In this document: positions 1 to 13,104 of the stretch, one piece after another | Numbering within the stretch: the stretch's first letter is position 1 | Layout of the letters: every line of letters begins with the position of its first letter | Assembly (NCBI RefSeq): GCF_018977255.1 | Contig: NW_024704743.1 | Coordinates: 1,674,001 to 1,738,000, forward strand | Reading direction: 5' to 3' | Length of the DNA: 64,000 nt | Source: Callorhinchus milii | Lineage: Eukaryota | Program-made: the position numbers and the translations under genes | The notes under the pieces: model-generated | Told to the model about the DNA's origin: nothing | Seen by the model: only the letters and a program-made list of their open reading frames with translations | Database searches by the model: none

Positions 1-839
1 GATGTATATAGCGCCCTCCACGCTGGAAGGCGTCTCAGAGCGCTTTACAGTAACGGATCCCGGGGTCAACCCGGGAGGAGGGGGGGGGCGGAGGGGGAGA
101 AGATGACCAAAGGCGTGGTTGAAAAGAAAGGTCTTCAGCAGAGATCAGCAGGATCCTCTCTGGGACAGGAGCCGGTGCAGTCTGGCCAGGACTGGGGGGA
201 TCGGGGAGCGGGGTTTGGTGCGGGTGAGAATGCGGGCGGCAGAGTTCTAACTACACTGTATGGCCTCCTTCTGCGCTGTAATCCTCTGCCGTTTCACAAT
301 CCGGCACTGAACTCGAGTTGCAGCCTGCAACGTGACCTGAAATGTGCGGTGGTGGGTTTTAATCAGAGGAGGTACAAAAGGATTGTAATTGATTTGCTCG
401 CTCGGCCAGACTGCAGCATGAATCCACAAAAAGATAGTTAGCACAAGTTGCGGACCATCAAAATCTGATCAAAGGCACTGGTGCCAACCCAATTGATGTC
501 CGTTATTTCTCCATGTGGGTTAAGTCAATACCGTCAGTCGATGAGGTAATAAGTCAATGCCACACCACCATTGGAGCTGAGCACCTTCTGAATGTTAATC
601 AGCCAGGTTTGCCAGCCACCCTCAGCAGTTACCTGAATGGCTAGAAATTATAATAATACTGATGATGGTCCTCGCATTTGACGCAGCGCCTTATCACGTC
701 TTCGAGACGTCTGAAAGCGCTTCACAGGATACGGTGTCAAGTGAGTTGACTGTGACGTTTTGGGGGCTAATGTGTTGACAGTGCTGTCATCGCTCCGGAG
801 CAGGCAGGAAAATGGGGAGCGAAACCTGACTCTCAAATC

Positions 840-1130
840 GGATCCTCCAGCTCGTCCCTCGCGCCCTCTGTTCCACCATCGGTGGCCGGGCTTCCAGCCA
901 CTACGACCCGAAACTCAGGAACGCTCTCCTTCTATCCCTCTCCCACCGTACTTGCCCCCCGCTTCCTTCCCCATCTTCAGATCGTACCTGAAGACCTTCC
1001 TCTTTGACCGTGCGCCTACGGTCACCACCTCTTCCTCCCCCACCCCCACCCCCGGCTCTGTCAAGCGCTCTGGGATGCCACCCTGCGTGAGGGGAGCAGG
1101 GCTGTGTAAATTCGCTGTGTTAATGCAAGT
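840..1130 (+). mobile_element. L2-clade LINE 3' fragment
   Basis: Reads ...FPIFRSYLKTFLFDRA (L2 ORF2 C-terminus like), then C-rich 3'UTR and stem-loop tail. Confidence 0.7.
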
Positions 1131-1544
1131 TCTTGATACTTATCACCCCTTCTCGTTTCAAACAGCGCCGAGGGATCCTCAACAACCCGCACAAATTGGC
1201 AGTTGAACTTCACAGCGAAACCCTTTGAAGTGCTTTGAGAGGTTGTGATGACATGATCAGGCGCTCTATCGATTGTAAGCGTTAACGTTAGTAATAATTC
1301 TATGCCCGGTTTCGTGACAGAATCTGAAATGTGATAATTATGTGAGGCGTGAGGGGTAGGATGGGTGTTTATTAACACGCAGTATTTTTCTCAGGTAATA
1401 ATTATCCTTGCATTTGATACAACACCTTATCGAGCCCTCGCAACACTTCACTTCACGGGGAATCACTCACTCGTAAGGTGCAATATAAAGTGACTTTATA
1501 CACAGGCAAATTTGCAGATAGCAAAGTTCCACAAAACTAATTTT

Positions 1545-2242
1545 TATGCGGGGGATTTCTGGCAAGACTTCGGGAGAAACTCTCTTCTCGTTTCGAATAG
1601 CGCCAAAGGAACTTCACCGTCCACCTGCACAGGCAGATGGGAACTTAGTTAAACATCTCATAGAAAGGACAGCACCTTTGAAGATACAGCGCTCCACCAG
1701 CATTGCATTGCAGTGTCAGCCAAGAGACTGTCAGATCAAAGTCCTAACATGGGGCTTGAACCCACAACCCTTTAATAATAATAATAATAATAATAATCCT
1801 TGTATTTGATATGGTGCCTTATCAGTCCATCGAGATGTCTCAAAGCGCTTCACAGAATATACTGTAAAGTGAATCGACTGCATATTTTGTGCAAGAAAGG
1901 CGGCAGCCGATTGCGCACAGCAGCGTCTCCCCCCCACAAACAGCCGCGGGCTGAGAGACCGGGTTATTAGTTATTTATTTTTGAGGGATTATTACCCCAG
2001 GAAAGGCGATCCGCCAATCGACTAACAACCGGGTTCCTATCACTGCTGGGCGAACCGAGGCGCGCGCGTGCGTGCGCGTGTGTGTGTGTGTGGAGTAAGG
2101 AAACTTGGCTAAGGTCTCGCCCAGGCCGGGAATCGAACCCGAGTCCTCTCGCTTGCGAGGCGAGGGCTGTAACGAATACACGACAGGACCTCCCTCTTGC
2201 CTCTTTGACTCAAAGGCACGAGCGCTACCGACCGAGCCAGCC
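1545..2242 (-). mobile_element. Older DeuSINE/SacSINE1-like element interrupted by a young SINE
   Basis: Deu-like core at 1545-1772; tRNA-like head resumes at ~2203-2242 after the insertion. Confidence 0.65.
1774..2193 (-). mobile_element. tRNA-Ala-headed SINE (family A), near full length
   Basis: B box GGTTCGATTCC, internal (CA)n, L2-type tail ending in (ATT)n. Confidence 0.85.
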
Positions 2243-3239
2243 TTGGCTCTAATCCTGCAATGAAATGGAAAATTCTAATCTTTACTCTTATTTATCCGTC
2301 CACATAAACAGAGCCAAGTCCCAGGACTCCTGCTGCCGTTAGTTACCAGAGAACACAATGATTAAGAGACAATAAATCCAATCAAATTCAAACCCATTCG
2401 ACTTTGACAAATGATTCTCGCGTTAGATAAAAAAAAGGAACGGTCATGGTTTATTATTATTCTTTCATATCCCAAATCCAAATCTCTGACTGTCCAGCAT
2501 CTCGGGAAGACACGAAAGGCTCTATATACTTGCTATTATTATTCTTACAAACGTTATTAATAATAATAATGATAACAATCCTTGCATTTGACACAGCGCC
2601 TGCACTGTAAAATGAAGCGACTGCGTATTTCGTGGGCCAAACGTGCACAGCAGCGTCCCCCACACAAACAGCCGTGGGTCGAAGTGAGCGATTGTGAAAC
2701 AAAAAAAAATTATTTTGAAGGAATTATTACCCCCTTGTGTTTTTTTTAGAGAATGCTGCAGTAAGAAGGGTGGTGGGGGATGGAAATCATTCAGAAGGAA
2801 CAGTAAATAAGCTCTTGGTGGTCTGTTACAGTGCACATCGGTCCTCGAGACATTGATTGCTGGACAGAAGAACAATGCCATAAATAAGCAATCTTAAGCC
2901 ATTGACCGGGTGCAGTATCTCTCTCTCTCTCTTCAGCTCAGGAGATTGTGTGAATGAACCTCCGTTGGACTTGTCCAATGTATGTTTGTTCCCCCAGCGA
3001 TCGCTGAAGCCTGAGGTGTAACACAGGCGGTGGGGGGGTGGGGGGGGGATCTGACTTGAGGGGTTTCTTATAACAGGATTCATAAGCAGGCAGTGCAGTA
3101 CAGAAAAATAATAATAATAAGGCCCTTCACATTGTCCAGGCGTTTCACAAGGAGTTACTATAAAGTGTGCATTTTGAAACCCAACACTGCAGCTGAACAA
3201 ACACAATCCCGGATTACTATACAATACATTACACAATGA

Positions 3240-3540
3240 CATGTACGCAGACCCTTTCACGTCGGGAGGACCCCCCCCCCCTCCCCCAGGCGCTGGACAG
3301 TCAGGGATTTTGGACCCGAGCCGGGGGTTGGGATCGGGAGGTTGGGTGGAGGGCAGGGCAGGGAGGTTGGGGGGTAGGAGGGCGATCGAAGGAGGGGAAG
3401 GAGGGGTCTTGAGACGGGCCTTGAAGGAGGCAAGGGAGGGAGCGAGGCGAAGGGAATGTGGGATGGAGTTCCAAAGGGTGGGGGCAGAGAGGCTGCCGAT
3501 GGCGGGTTGGGACGGACAGGGGACGCTGAGCGGACGGAGT
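3240..3540 (-). mobile_element. L2 3' fragment
   Basis: Minus strand carries the APTLWNSIP...SLASFKARLK coding motif, C-rich UTR and tail. Confidence 0.75.
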
Positions 3541-4152
3541 AGACATTATTATTGTCACGAAAGCCCCAAATTTATATTCTGCTTTTGTAAGTAATAAAAA
3601 GGGGGGTGGGGGGGGGGTAAAAAGGGAGGTAATAGAAGGGAAAAAATGTTTTTTTTTGAGAGTTTTATCACCCACAAAATATACAGTCACTTCACTTTAC
3701 AGTATATTCTGTGAAGCGCTTTGAGACGTCTCCAAAATGGGATCAGGCGCTACATCAAATGCAAGGATTATTATTATTTTAAACATCCTTTCTGTCTTTC
3801 TCAAAGCCCAGTTTAGATGGTTGTTATATCAACGCAAAAGGGAATAAATGTGAAAGCGGAATAATGTAATTCGAGGCAGGGAAGGAGCAGGGAATTGGGA
3901 GTAGATAGACAGCTCCAGTGGAGGAATTAACGTCAACCAACCCTGGATTGACTACTGCAGTGTAATCATTAGTGCGTTTCAAGCACAAAACTGAAAAATG
4001 ATCCAAAGGAAAGCCTTTTATCCTCACTCACAAGTGAAATCACCTCAGGATGGAACATTATAGCAAATGTGTGTTATGTAACGTTTGTTTAGCCTGCACC
4101 TTGATATAACCCGCTCCCTTGTATATGCCTCATTTTATACAACTTGTGTTAT

Positions 4153-4532
4153 ACCACGTCTGCGAGACGTCTCAAAGCGCTTCACAGGATAACACTGTAA
4201 AGTGAATTGACTGTGTGTTTTGTGGGTGAAACGCGGCAGCCGATCGCGCGCAGCAGCGTCCCCGCAAACAGCCGCGGGTTGAAGTGACCAATTTATTAAT
4301 TATCTTTTTTTGAAGGGTTTATTATCCCCAGAAAAGTGATCCGCCAATCGACTGACAACCGGGTTCCTACTGACTGCCGGTAAACAGAGGCGCGTGTGTG
4401 TATGTGTGTGTGTGTGTGTGTGTGTGGGGAGCGAGGAAACTTGCCCAATGTCTTGCCCTGACCTGCCCGGGAATCGAACCCGGGTCCTCTCGCTCGCGAG
4501 GCGAGGGCTCTGACCACTGAACTAAGGATTCC
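4153..4532 (-). mobile_element. Family A SINE
   Basis: A/B boxes, (CA)n, conserved body and tail. Confidence 0.85.
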
Positions 4533-5764
4533 CCCTTGTATCAATCTAACATCCTTGTTCACTCACTCCCTTCTGAAATCGACACCCTTAAATCATTGTA
4601 ACAACAACAACAACAACAACTTGCATTTACACAGCGCCCCCTCACGCAGGGCAGAGTCCCAGAGCACTGGACAGACAGTGGTGGAGCACGACACCGAGCC
4701 TGGGGAGGGGGAGAGGGGAGGGTAGGCACTGGTCGAATAGGAAAGTCTTAATGGGGAAAGTCTTAATAGGAAAGAAAATGGGGAATCAAGGGGCAAGGCG
4801 GAGGGAGGGAGGGAGGGAGAGTTTTGGGGCGTGGTGGCTGAAACCGATGGTGGAACGGAGGGCATCAGGGTACAAGCAGGAGGCCGGAGCCAGTTGAGCA
4901 GAGGCAGTGGGTAGTGGGTTGGGTTGGGGGGAGCGAGCAGGTCAGGGAGAGGTAGGGAGATGCCGCGGCATGAAGGGATTTGAAGACGTGCGCGAGGGTC
5001 TTGAAATCATACGCTTGAAACTGGAGCCTCGTAAAACCTGTATCTCTTTAATGGCTGCACTTAAGTCCTCTTAGCATTCAGAACCCACGACTGTGCTGTC
5101 AGTCATTGACCAATGCCAAGTCTACAGAAGCCTGTGTGGAGTGCGGAAACCTGCCCAACGTCTCGCCCTGACCCGGGAATCGAACCCGGGTCCTCTCGCT
5201 CACCAGGCGAGGGCTGTAGACTCGGTATTGGGCAATGACTGACAGCAGCACAGCCTGAGAAATAAGTGCGGAAGCTCTCGCTCTCCGCCCCTGTCGGGTA
5301 TATCCTTTCTCCCGACCACAAACTCTCAGATCTGACTCTCTTTCCAGCTGCTGAGACACCGGGATAATTTACTGCAGACCGCGAGCCACATGTAAAGATC
5401 GAGCTGTGTGCCGTAGTGACTGTGCGTGGCTGGTGGCCGTGCGTGCCACCTGGCCTTCGCTTAGCTTCACGTTCATCTGATCAGAGCCTTGTTCTACACT
5501 GTTGCCTCACACAACCGTTGCCCGGTTCAACCCTCGCCTACTCCAAGACCCGTCTCAAGACCCTCCTCTTCGACCAAACGCGCCTTCGGTCACCCTCCTG
5601 CCCCCCCTACCCTCCCTGCCCTGCCCCACCCTCCCGATCCCAACCCACTGGCTCGAGTGCAGAGCCCCGCCTTGGGACGTCCGGCTGACGTGAGAGGCGC
5701 TGTGTGTAAATGTCATGTGTTGTTGTTGCGTGTTGTTTGGGCCACACGTCATTCGGGTCTATCT

Positions 5765-5825
5765 CGGATGAGGCGTTAAACCGAGTTGGTGCAGGTGGAC
5801 GTTAAAGATCCCGCGGAGCGAAGGG

Positions 5826-5856
<31 letters not shown>

Positions 5857-6070
5857 CCCCCCCCCCGGTGTTCTGGCTAACAATCCTCCCAGACACTATT
5901 GCTCATTCACTTCCCGGTTGTTTGCGGGACGTGGCCATTTGCGAACAGGAATTTCACCGCGTTTCACCGACAAATGCAGTCACCTCGCTTGACAGTAACT
6001 CCCGTGCAGCGCTTTGAGACATCTTCACGACGCGAAAGGCCCGATAGCAAACGCGGGGAATTAATATGAT
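5765..6070 (+). mobile_element. DeuSINE-like fragment
   Basis: GATGAGGCGTTAAACCGAG...CAGGTGGACGTTAAAGATCCC Deu-domain-like core plus tail. Confidence 0.65.
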
Positions 6071-6479
6071 TCGATATTATCGGTGCTATAAAAATGCACG
6101 TCCTTCAAGGTGAGCAGTGTTCACAATCTGTTTTCCCCACAAGGCCCTGGCTACGTTTCACACACACTCTCGTATCCCTGTCAGTTTTCTACGGAATATT
6201 TCCGATATTGCGTTAACTCCCTCACAGTGCGCTCAATACGTCATTTCTGTCGGCTTTTAATGGCGAGTTTAAGGGCCTGCAATTCCCTCTGGCCATCCTT
6301 CTCACCAGTTTACGGATGGGATATTCCCTTTGGAGATCCATTACTTCCTCTCCTGTTTCCTTCCTTGAAAAATAAATCAAAAAAAAATCTCTTTTGCCTT
6401 ACCCATTTGGGATTTCGCATTCCACCCACTCTCTCTCCAGCTTCTAGTTTTTAATCATCTTTATTCCTCCACCATCTGT

Positions 6480-6509
<30 letters not shown>

Positions 6510-6514
<5 letters not shown>

Positions 6515-6780
6515 TTCCCCCAAACCCTCATCCGCGCCTTTGCCAATTCCCAGCTGGACTATTCCAATGCCCTCGTCGCTGATCTCCCCAGCTCCGGCAC
6601 GCACAAAACTAATTGAAAACTCCGCCATCTGGACACTAACCCGCACGAAACTCCGTGCCCCCATCACACCAGTCCTCGCCAGGCTCCATGGGCTCCCGAT
6701 GACCCAACGGATTGATTTCAAGATCCTCTCGCTCGGGTTTCAAATCCCTTCATGCCCTCCCTCGCACCTCCCGAACTATT
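6510..6780 (+). mobile_element. L2 ORF2 C-terminal fragment (decayed)
   Basis: ENSAIWTLTRTKLRAPITPVLARLHGLPMTQRIDFKIL resembles the L2 motif QNxAARxLTxxxxxxHITPVLxxLHWLPVxxRIxFK. Confidence 0.8.
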
Positions 6781-7481
6781 GAGTTTGCTTACAGTCATGA
6801 CTGCTTTTCAAAGGCAACAATTATTATTATTATTTTTACTATTATTAGCTTTATATGTGCACAATCCCTGCGCCTGATAAAAAATTGCCTGTAAAGCGCT
6901 TTGAGAAAAAAAAATGGTCGCTCAATCCACGACAGTTTGCTGTGCGCAATTGGCTACCGTGTTTCACCCACAAGATATACAGTCACTACACTTTACAGTA
7001 TATTCTGTGAAGCTCTAGCGTCTCGAAGACGTGATAAGGTGCCATAGCAAATGCAAGTATTGTTATTATTATTAGATGTTCCAGTGTTATAGGCGCTGTA
7101 TCAAATGCAAAGATGATTAGATTATTATTTTCAGAGCGCGGCAAAGAGTTGCTTTGTTTTTCGCGTCAGCAAAAAGAAATGGAAATCAGTTGCGCTCAGC
7201 GCATCACCAATCATCAGAGTCTCGCACTTCTGCTGTCAGGTTCCTCTCGTGTCTGCTTGGCCTCTGACACTCGCATTAAATTGTGTGACTATCAGAACAG
7301 TCGTGAACATCACAGCACGCTGACCCCATTAACCAGCCTCTCACTTCAATGCAGCTCACCTCCAATTACTCCAGCCATCCCATTAATAATAATAATAATC
7401 CTCGCGTTTGATACAGCGCCTGATCACGTCTTCGAGACGTCTCAAAGCGCTTCACAGGATACGCTGTAAAGTGAATTGACT

Positions 7482-7727
7482 GTACAGGTTGAAGAGGAGG
7501 GGGACTAAGGACAGAGCCCTGAGGAACGGCGCATGAGACGGGGTGGGGGCTGGAGGAGAAGCCGTTTGTGGAGACAAAGTGCAGACGGTGTGAGAGGCAG
7601 GACCTGAAGCAGTCAGGGACAGAACCGTGAAGGATGGGGCGAGAGGAGAGGCGGCGGAGGAGGAGAGATCGAGTGGTGTCAAAGGCACAGGAGAGAGGTC
7701 AAGTAGGGCGAGGAGGCAGAGGGAGCC
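7482..7727 (-). mobile_element. L2 reverse-transcriptase fragment (frameshifted)
   Basis: GSLCLLALLDLS...AFDT and VPQGSVL...PLLFNLY motifs across frames. Confidence 0.8.
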
Positions 7728-8849
7728 ATAATTTGTTAATTTGACCAATATAGGACAGCCTTCGGATGCTCCGTGCTTAAGTTGCCGTCCTGAAATATCA
7801 GTGCCTTTATTAGTATGCAACAAACATCTTGACAAATTGTCAAACTGTACTGCACGTTATGGAGATACCTTGAAGTGTTTATTCCTTTTAGATGCCCTTT
7901 GGCGATGGCTGTTTTCTAAACCTTGTGTTTCTCATGTCCCTCTTTCTCCCTCTCCTTCTTCCATCCCACACCCGCTCCTCCCAACCCCTCCCCTTCCAGT
8001 TCTGTTCCCCCGGTTAATCTTATTCTCTGCCCTCCACCTTACCATCTTCCATATTTATCAAACGAAACAGAACAGAAGCCAAAATAAAGGAAACAGACAG
8101 GAGGTTCTACGGCCCTGAGGGAAGATGACTCATTCGGGATCTCATTAAAGGCTTACAGGAATGTCAACAGGAATGATAAAGCAAACCCACAACCACAAGA
8201 AAATTACATTTGTGTAGGAGCCTTTCACATCGGGACGACGTCCCAAGGCGCTGGACAATCAGTGTTTTGGAATAATACTTTAGGATAATGATGATAATCC
8301 TTGCATTTGATACAGCGCCTTATCACGACCTCGAGACGTCTCAAAGCGCTTCACAAACCCTCACTTGTCCAGCGCCTTTGGGACGTCCTCCCGACGTGAA
8401 AGTTGGCTCCTCTGACAATGCAGTGCTCCACCGAAACTTGACACTGCTCACAGTTCAGTGCCGGTACAAAGTAAGCGGAAACCAGCCAACCCCACTGTGT
8501 TTAAACATCCTTTGCCACAGTACAGCAGAGGAAGAGATTAACAGCTCAGCACTTCAAACAGACTACATTATCAAAGCAATCTGGGCTTGAAGTATTGATG
8601 AACGGTTTGCGGCTGAAGGCAAAGAGATGGCAATAAAACACCCAGCAAATGTTTTCTGACAAAAATACATCAAATAGCCTTATTAATAAGGCCATATTAA
8701 TAAAATCGACTGTCTAAAGTGCCTTGGAGTTCATTAAAAGGGATATGTGCTTTAATTAAAATCATTACATTTATGTTCAACGATTTGGTTTAACAACACT
8801 GTCAGACTAATCCATGCATATTTACTGCATCGCTTCAGTGTCAAGTTTC

Positions 8850-9240
8850 GGTGGAGCTCTGCATTGTCGGGAGGACGTCCCAAGGCACTGGACAATTCAG
8901 GGTGTGTACCCGAGCTGGGGGTTGGATTCGAGATGGATAGTGGGGTGTGGGGGAAGGGGGGGGTGCAAGAGGTGAAAGAGAGAGGTCTTGACCTTAAAGG
9001 AGGTGAGGGAAGGGGTAAGGCGAAGGGATTTAGGGATGGAGTTCGAGAGAATGGGGGCAAAAAAACCTAAAACCCGACCACTGATGGAGGTGATGAAAGC
9101 GTGGCCAAAGGTCTCAGTGACCCAGGGAGAGAGAGTAATGGCAGAAGGAGGCAGGCAATGTTTCGATGGTGGGGAGCAGTTGAATGGGTCAAGGCTCAGA
9201 TAAAGGGTATTAACAGAGCGGGACAAGGGAGCACAGGTTT
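8850..9240 (-). mobile_element. L2 3' fragment
   Basis: APILSNSIPKSLRLTPSLTSFK plus UTR and tail. Confidence 0.7.
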
Positions 9241-10705
9241 GGAGCGGTAAGGGGCAATTTCAGGACAGACCATTTCATGAAGTTTTTTCTTTCAACAGGT
9301 CGCCAGGAAAGCCCGGCACCTCGACTCAATTTCTCTCAGTTAATCCTCTCACCTGAAGGATGACACCTCCAAGAATGCAGTACGTCCCCAGCGCTGTATT
9401 GGAGCGTGAGCTTCGACGATACCGGTTCCAAATTCCAGCACCAGGCCTGAACCCACACCGAGGCGAGAGTGCTCCCTACCGCTACTGAGCATAAAACGTG
9501 TGGTGACTGTGGATCGTGTTATAATAATCCTCGCCTTTGAATACAGCGCCTTATCACGTCTTCGAGACGTCTCAAAGTGCTTCAACAGCAACAATAACAG
9601 CAAAATGACATTTGTTTAGCGCCTCTCGCGTCGGGAAGATGTCCCAATGCCCTGGACAGAGTTTCACAGGATATACTGTAAAGTGAATTGAGCGACAGGA
9701 CTCCACAAATGGATTGTTAGGTGAACACGTCGCCAACAATCCATTTGGGTCATGGGACAGTGTGATCCGCATTCACACAACCCTTCGTGCGAAGAAATGT
9801 TTTCGGATCTTTCGCTGAACTTCCAGCTGCAACAATCCTCAGGTTAATTGACCCTTCTCCTTGTGTCTGTTTGCGGACTTTGCCGGGGGGTGGGGGGGGG
9901 GGGAGAGGAGGCTGTTGTTTGCCTGTAGAGAAAAAGAAATCCGTACGATTGAAAATAATTGAAGTGCGAAGCCCTTTCAAATTAAGGTCCTGAAAAAATG
10001 CGAGTCATTTCTTTCCTTTTCTGCCCTCCCAATACTTTCAATGGCAAAGCTATGCATTTTTAGGCGGATAAACTCCAGTATTTAACCCCAATGCATATCC
10101 TCGCTGGTCCAGGTGGGTCTACAGTGTTGCATGACACTGCTGATGACATGACAGCCCAGCCTGGCTCATTTGGTAGCTCATGGGTTGGAGGGGCAGGAAT
10201 CCTTCACACTCAACTTGTGTTAGAGCCATAATTGGGAGAGTAGTCCCAGCTGGACGAGCAGTGGGCAAGCTCGCCAGACAGTGCCTTCGATGGCAGACCT
10301 TGATGTCAGCCGGTTAAATTCCAACACAGTTACCCCAACGCACACTCTGGGGTCCCCAAACCTTGGCTCTTGCCAACCTGTGCCTAATACTTCTGGGAGA
10401 AGGTAAGCAGGGTGTGTCTACGGTCACCTCCATCCCCCCACTCCCCTCGCAGCTCGGTGTCGTGCTCCACCACTGTCAAGCGCTCTGGGACACGACCCTA
10501 TGCAAATGCAAGTTGTTGTTGTTATAGTCCTTGAGTGTCTCTGTTTTTAAGTGCTCCGAGATATTGCCCAGTAGGAACAACGCTAAATAACACGTCGCTG
10601 TTGTTGACTCAAAACCCTTCTCGGTATTTTCCTGTAAAGATTGTGTACTTTGTTGGCAGCCAATTTGCGCATAAAGCAAAGTCTGTCCCACAAACAACCC
10701 ACTTT

Positions 10706-10943
10706 TATAATAATCCCGGCATTTGATACAACCACTCATCACGTCTTCGAGACGTCTCAAAGCGCTTCACAGGACACACTGCAAAGTGAATTGACTGTGT
10801 ATTTTGTGGGTGAATCACAGCAGCCAATCGCGCACAGCAGCGATTGAGTGACTAAATTATTATGATTGTTTTTGAAGGAATTATTATGCCTGGGAAAGCA
10901 ATCCACTAACAACCGGGTTCCTACTGACCGCTGGTAAACAGAG

Positions 10944-10974
<31 letters not shown>

Positions 10975-11079
10975 GAGTGAGGAAACTTGCCCAATGTCTC
11001 GCCCTGACCTGCCCGGGAATCAAACCCGGGTCCTCTCGTCTGCGAGGCGAGGGCTCTAACCCCTGAGCTCCAGGACTCC
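10706..11079 (-). mobile_element. Family A SINE
   Basis: Head GGAGTCCTGGAGCTCAGGGGTTAGAGC, (CA)n, tail. Confidence 0.85.
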
Positions 11080-11144
11080 AATCTAGATCATGACAGACTG
11101 CTTCAACTTGCCCAGAATAGTAAAACCAGAGGACAGACACGGTC

Positions 11145-11424
11145 TGCGAGTGATTGAAAGGGGTAGAATTCAGAACAAATCTCCGCAAACAGTATTCCAG
11201 TGAGCGATCAGTGAGCCTGTGGGACACGCTCCCTGGGGAGACGGTCGAAGCAGGAAACGTGGATTCTTTCCAATGCAGATTAGATGGTTTTCTTTTAGGG
11301 AATAACACGATGGGATACAGAACATAGGGAGTTCAGGACACGTGAGCAGGCGACCCCCAGGGAGGTGGGAGGCCAACGAGGTGGACTTTGGTCTTTTTCC
11401 GTTGTAGCATTTCTTATGTTCTTA
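11145..11424 (+). mobile_element. CR1 LINE 3' end
   Basis: KGVEFRTNLRKQYSSERSVSLWDTLPGETVEAGNVDSFQCRLDGFL-like ORF2 end; TTCTTATGTTCTTA terminal repeat. Confidence 0.75.
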
Positions 11425-11499
11425 ATGGAACATTTCACAGCAAACGTTCTCTATCTGCTCTAGCAACGTTGTGAGGCATAGACTTCCGCGAAAATCCCT

Positions 11500-11773
11500 G
11501 AATGTTTTTTTGTATAACCCAGAGAGTGGTTAGGATCTGGAATGCACTGCTTTGAAAGGGGTCGGGTGGGCGGGGGGTGGGGGGGGGGGGGTTAGCAGAT
11601 TCCACCGGAGCTTTCAAAAGGGAATCAGACATGGACTTGCAAAGGAAAAATGTGCAGAGCTATGGGGCAAAAGCAGGGGAATGGGGACTAGTCGGGAGCT
11701 CTTCCAAAGAGCTGGCACAGGCACAGTGGGCCGAATGGCCTCCTTTGGTGCTGTAATACTATGTGATTCTATC
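11500..11773 (+). mobile_element. CR1 LINE 3' end (second family)
   Basis: TQRVVRIWNAL motif; UTR GGGCCGAATGGCCTCCT...GATTCTAT. Confidence 0.75.
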
Positions 11774-12159
11774 AGGGTCACATTAGGGTAACTTTCTGAG
11801 GAGATGGACGGAGGGAGGGAGGGAGGGAGGGAGTGTTGACTTTACTGTCTCCAGAAACTTTATCGTCTGCTGTTGCACTTTAAAGGAATCCACTCAGACT
11901 GCGGTGGGTGAGAGAAGAGATTTATTTTTAGCCGGGCACTTTCGATGTTCTCGAAGGAGGTTTTTTTTTTTTAACCTCTGCCCGCCACCTTTAGTTTAGT
12001 GCAGTATTGATCTGGAGGTGGCTAATAACTTGGATAGTTTACATCTTTGTCATTGTTTTGTCTTACTCTAAATGAATGAGATCAGGGCCTGTGGCAGCAA
12101 ACAGCCCAGGAGACATCAGGAGAGTGTGACAGCGGAGGTTGGGTGGGGGCGACACGTTA

Positions 12160-12524
12160 CGCTGCCTTATCAAGTCGGCGAGACGTCTCAAAGCGCTCGA
12201 CAAGAGTATCCCGTAAAATGTAGTGACTGTGTATTTTTGTGGGCGAAACGCGGCAGCCAATTGCGCACAGCAGCGTCCCCGCAAACAGCCCGTGGATCGA
12301 GTGATCGATTTGTTTGTTTATCAAAAAAAAAAATTTGGAAGCAATTTTTACCCCCGAAAAGCGATTCGCCAAATCGATTAACAACCGGGTTCCTACTTAC
12401 TTGAGTTAAACAGAGGCGTGTGCGTGTTCGTGTGCGTGCGCGCGTGTGTGGAGTAAGGAAATTTGCCCAATGTTTCGCTCTGCCCAGGTCCTCTCGCTTC
12501 TGAGCCACTGAGCTACAGGACTCC
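12160..12524 (-). mobile_element. Family A SINE with head deletions
   Basis: Same body and tail as other copies. Confidence 0.8.
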
Positions 12525-12599
12525 GACAATCCACATGCGAATGAGCTTCAAAAGGTCATAAAATCGCTTCACCTGATCTCAGCCTTCCTACCGTCTTCA

Positions 12600-12885
12600 A
12601 GAAGCTTCGTAATGAGTTCCAGCGTTGTGGCCTCGATCGCTCTTTGCTGCTAACCTGTTCCAGTCATTGATTATCCTCTGAGTGAAGAAAAAAAAAAATA
12701 ATTCTAGTGTCTGTCCTGAAATTGCCCTTCGCAACCCTAAACCCACGTCCTCCTGTTCCACTGTCTCGGTGTGACCTAAAGTATTGATCGAGGTTGACTT
12801 TTTCAATCCCATTTAAAATGTTATACAGCTCTGAATTGTCTTCTCTCTCAGGATTGAAGAGCGCGTCTGATTGTTGCTCACAGCT
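12600..12885 (-). mobile_element. CR1 ORF2 C-terminal fragment
   Basis: LYNILNGIEKVNLDQYF...KGNFRTDTR / FFTQRIINDWNRL, frameshifted at a homopolymer run. Confidence 0.8.
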
Positions 12886-13104
12886 CATTTCTCTGACACT
12901 GAGGATTATTCTCATTGCTCTCGCTCCTGCGCTCTCTCTCTCTCTCTCTCTCTCGCTCTCTCTCTCTAGGGTCTTGTCAGCTCCCATGTGTAATGGGTTA
13001 TCTGTGTGGGATACCTACTACTATCATGACGGGCGTTTATATAAGTGCACGTTGGTGGTGTTGGAAGGAGTTGACCACAACCATGGTAGTGTGGAGATAT
13101 TCGT

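Noticed and set aside
6510..12885. Intact autonomous L2 or CR1 element
   Set aside because: Only short, frameshifted fragments in mixed orientations.
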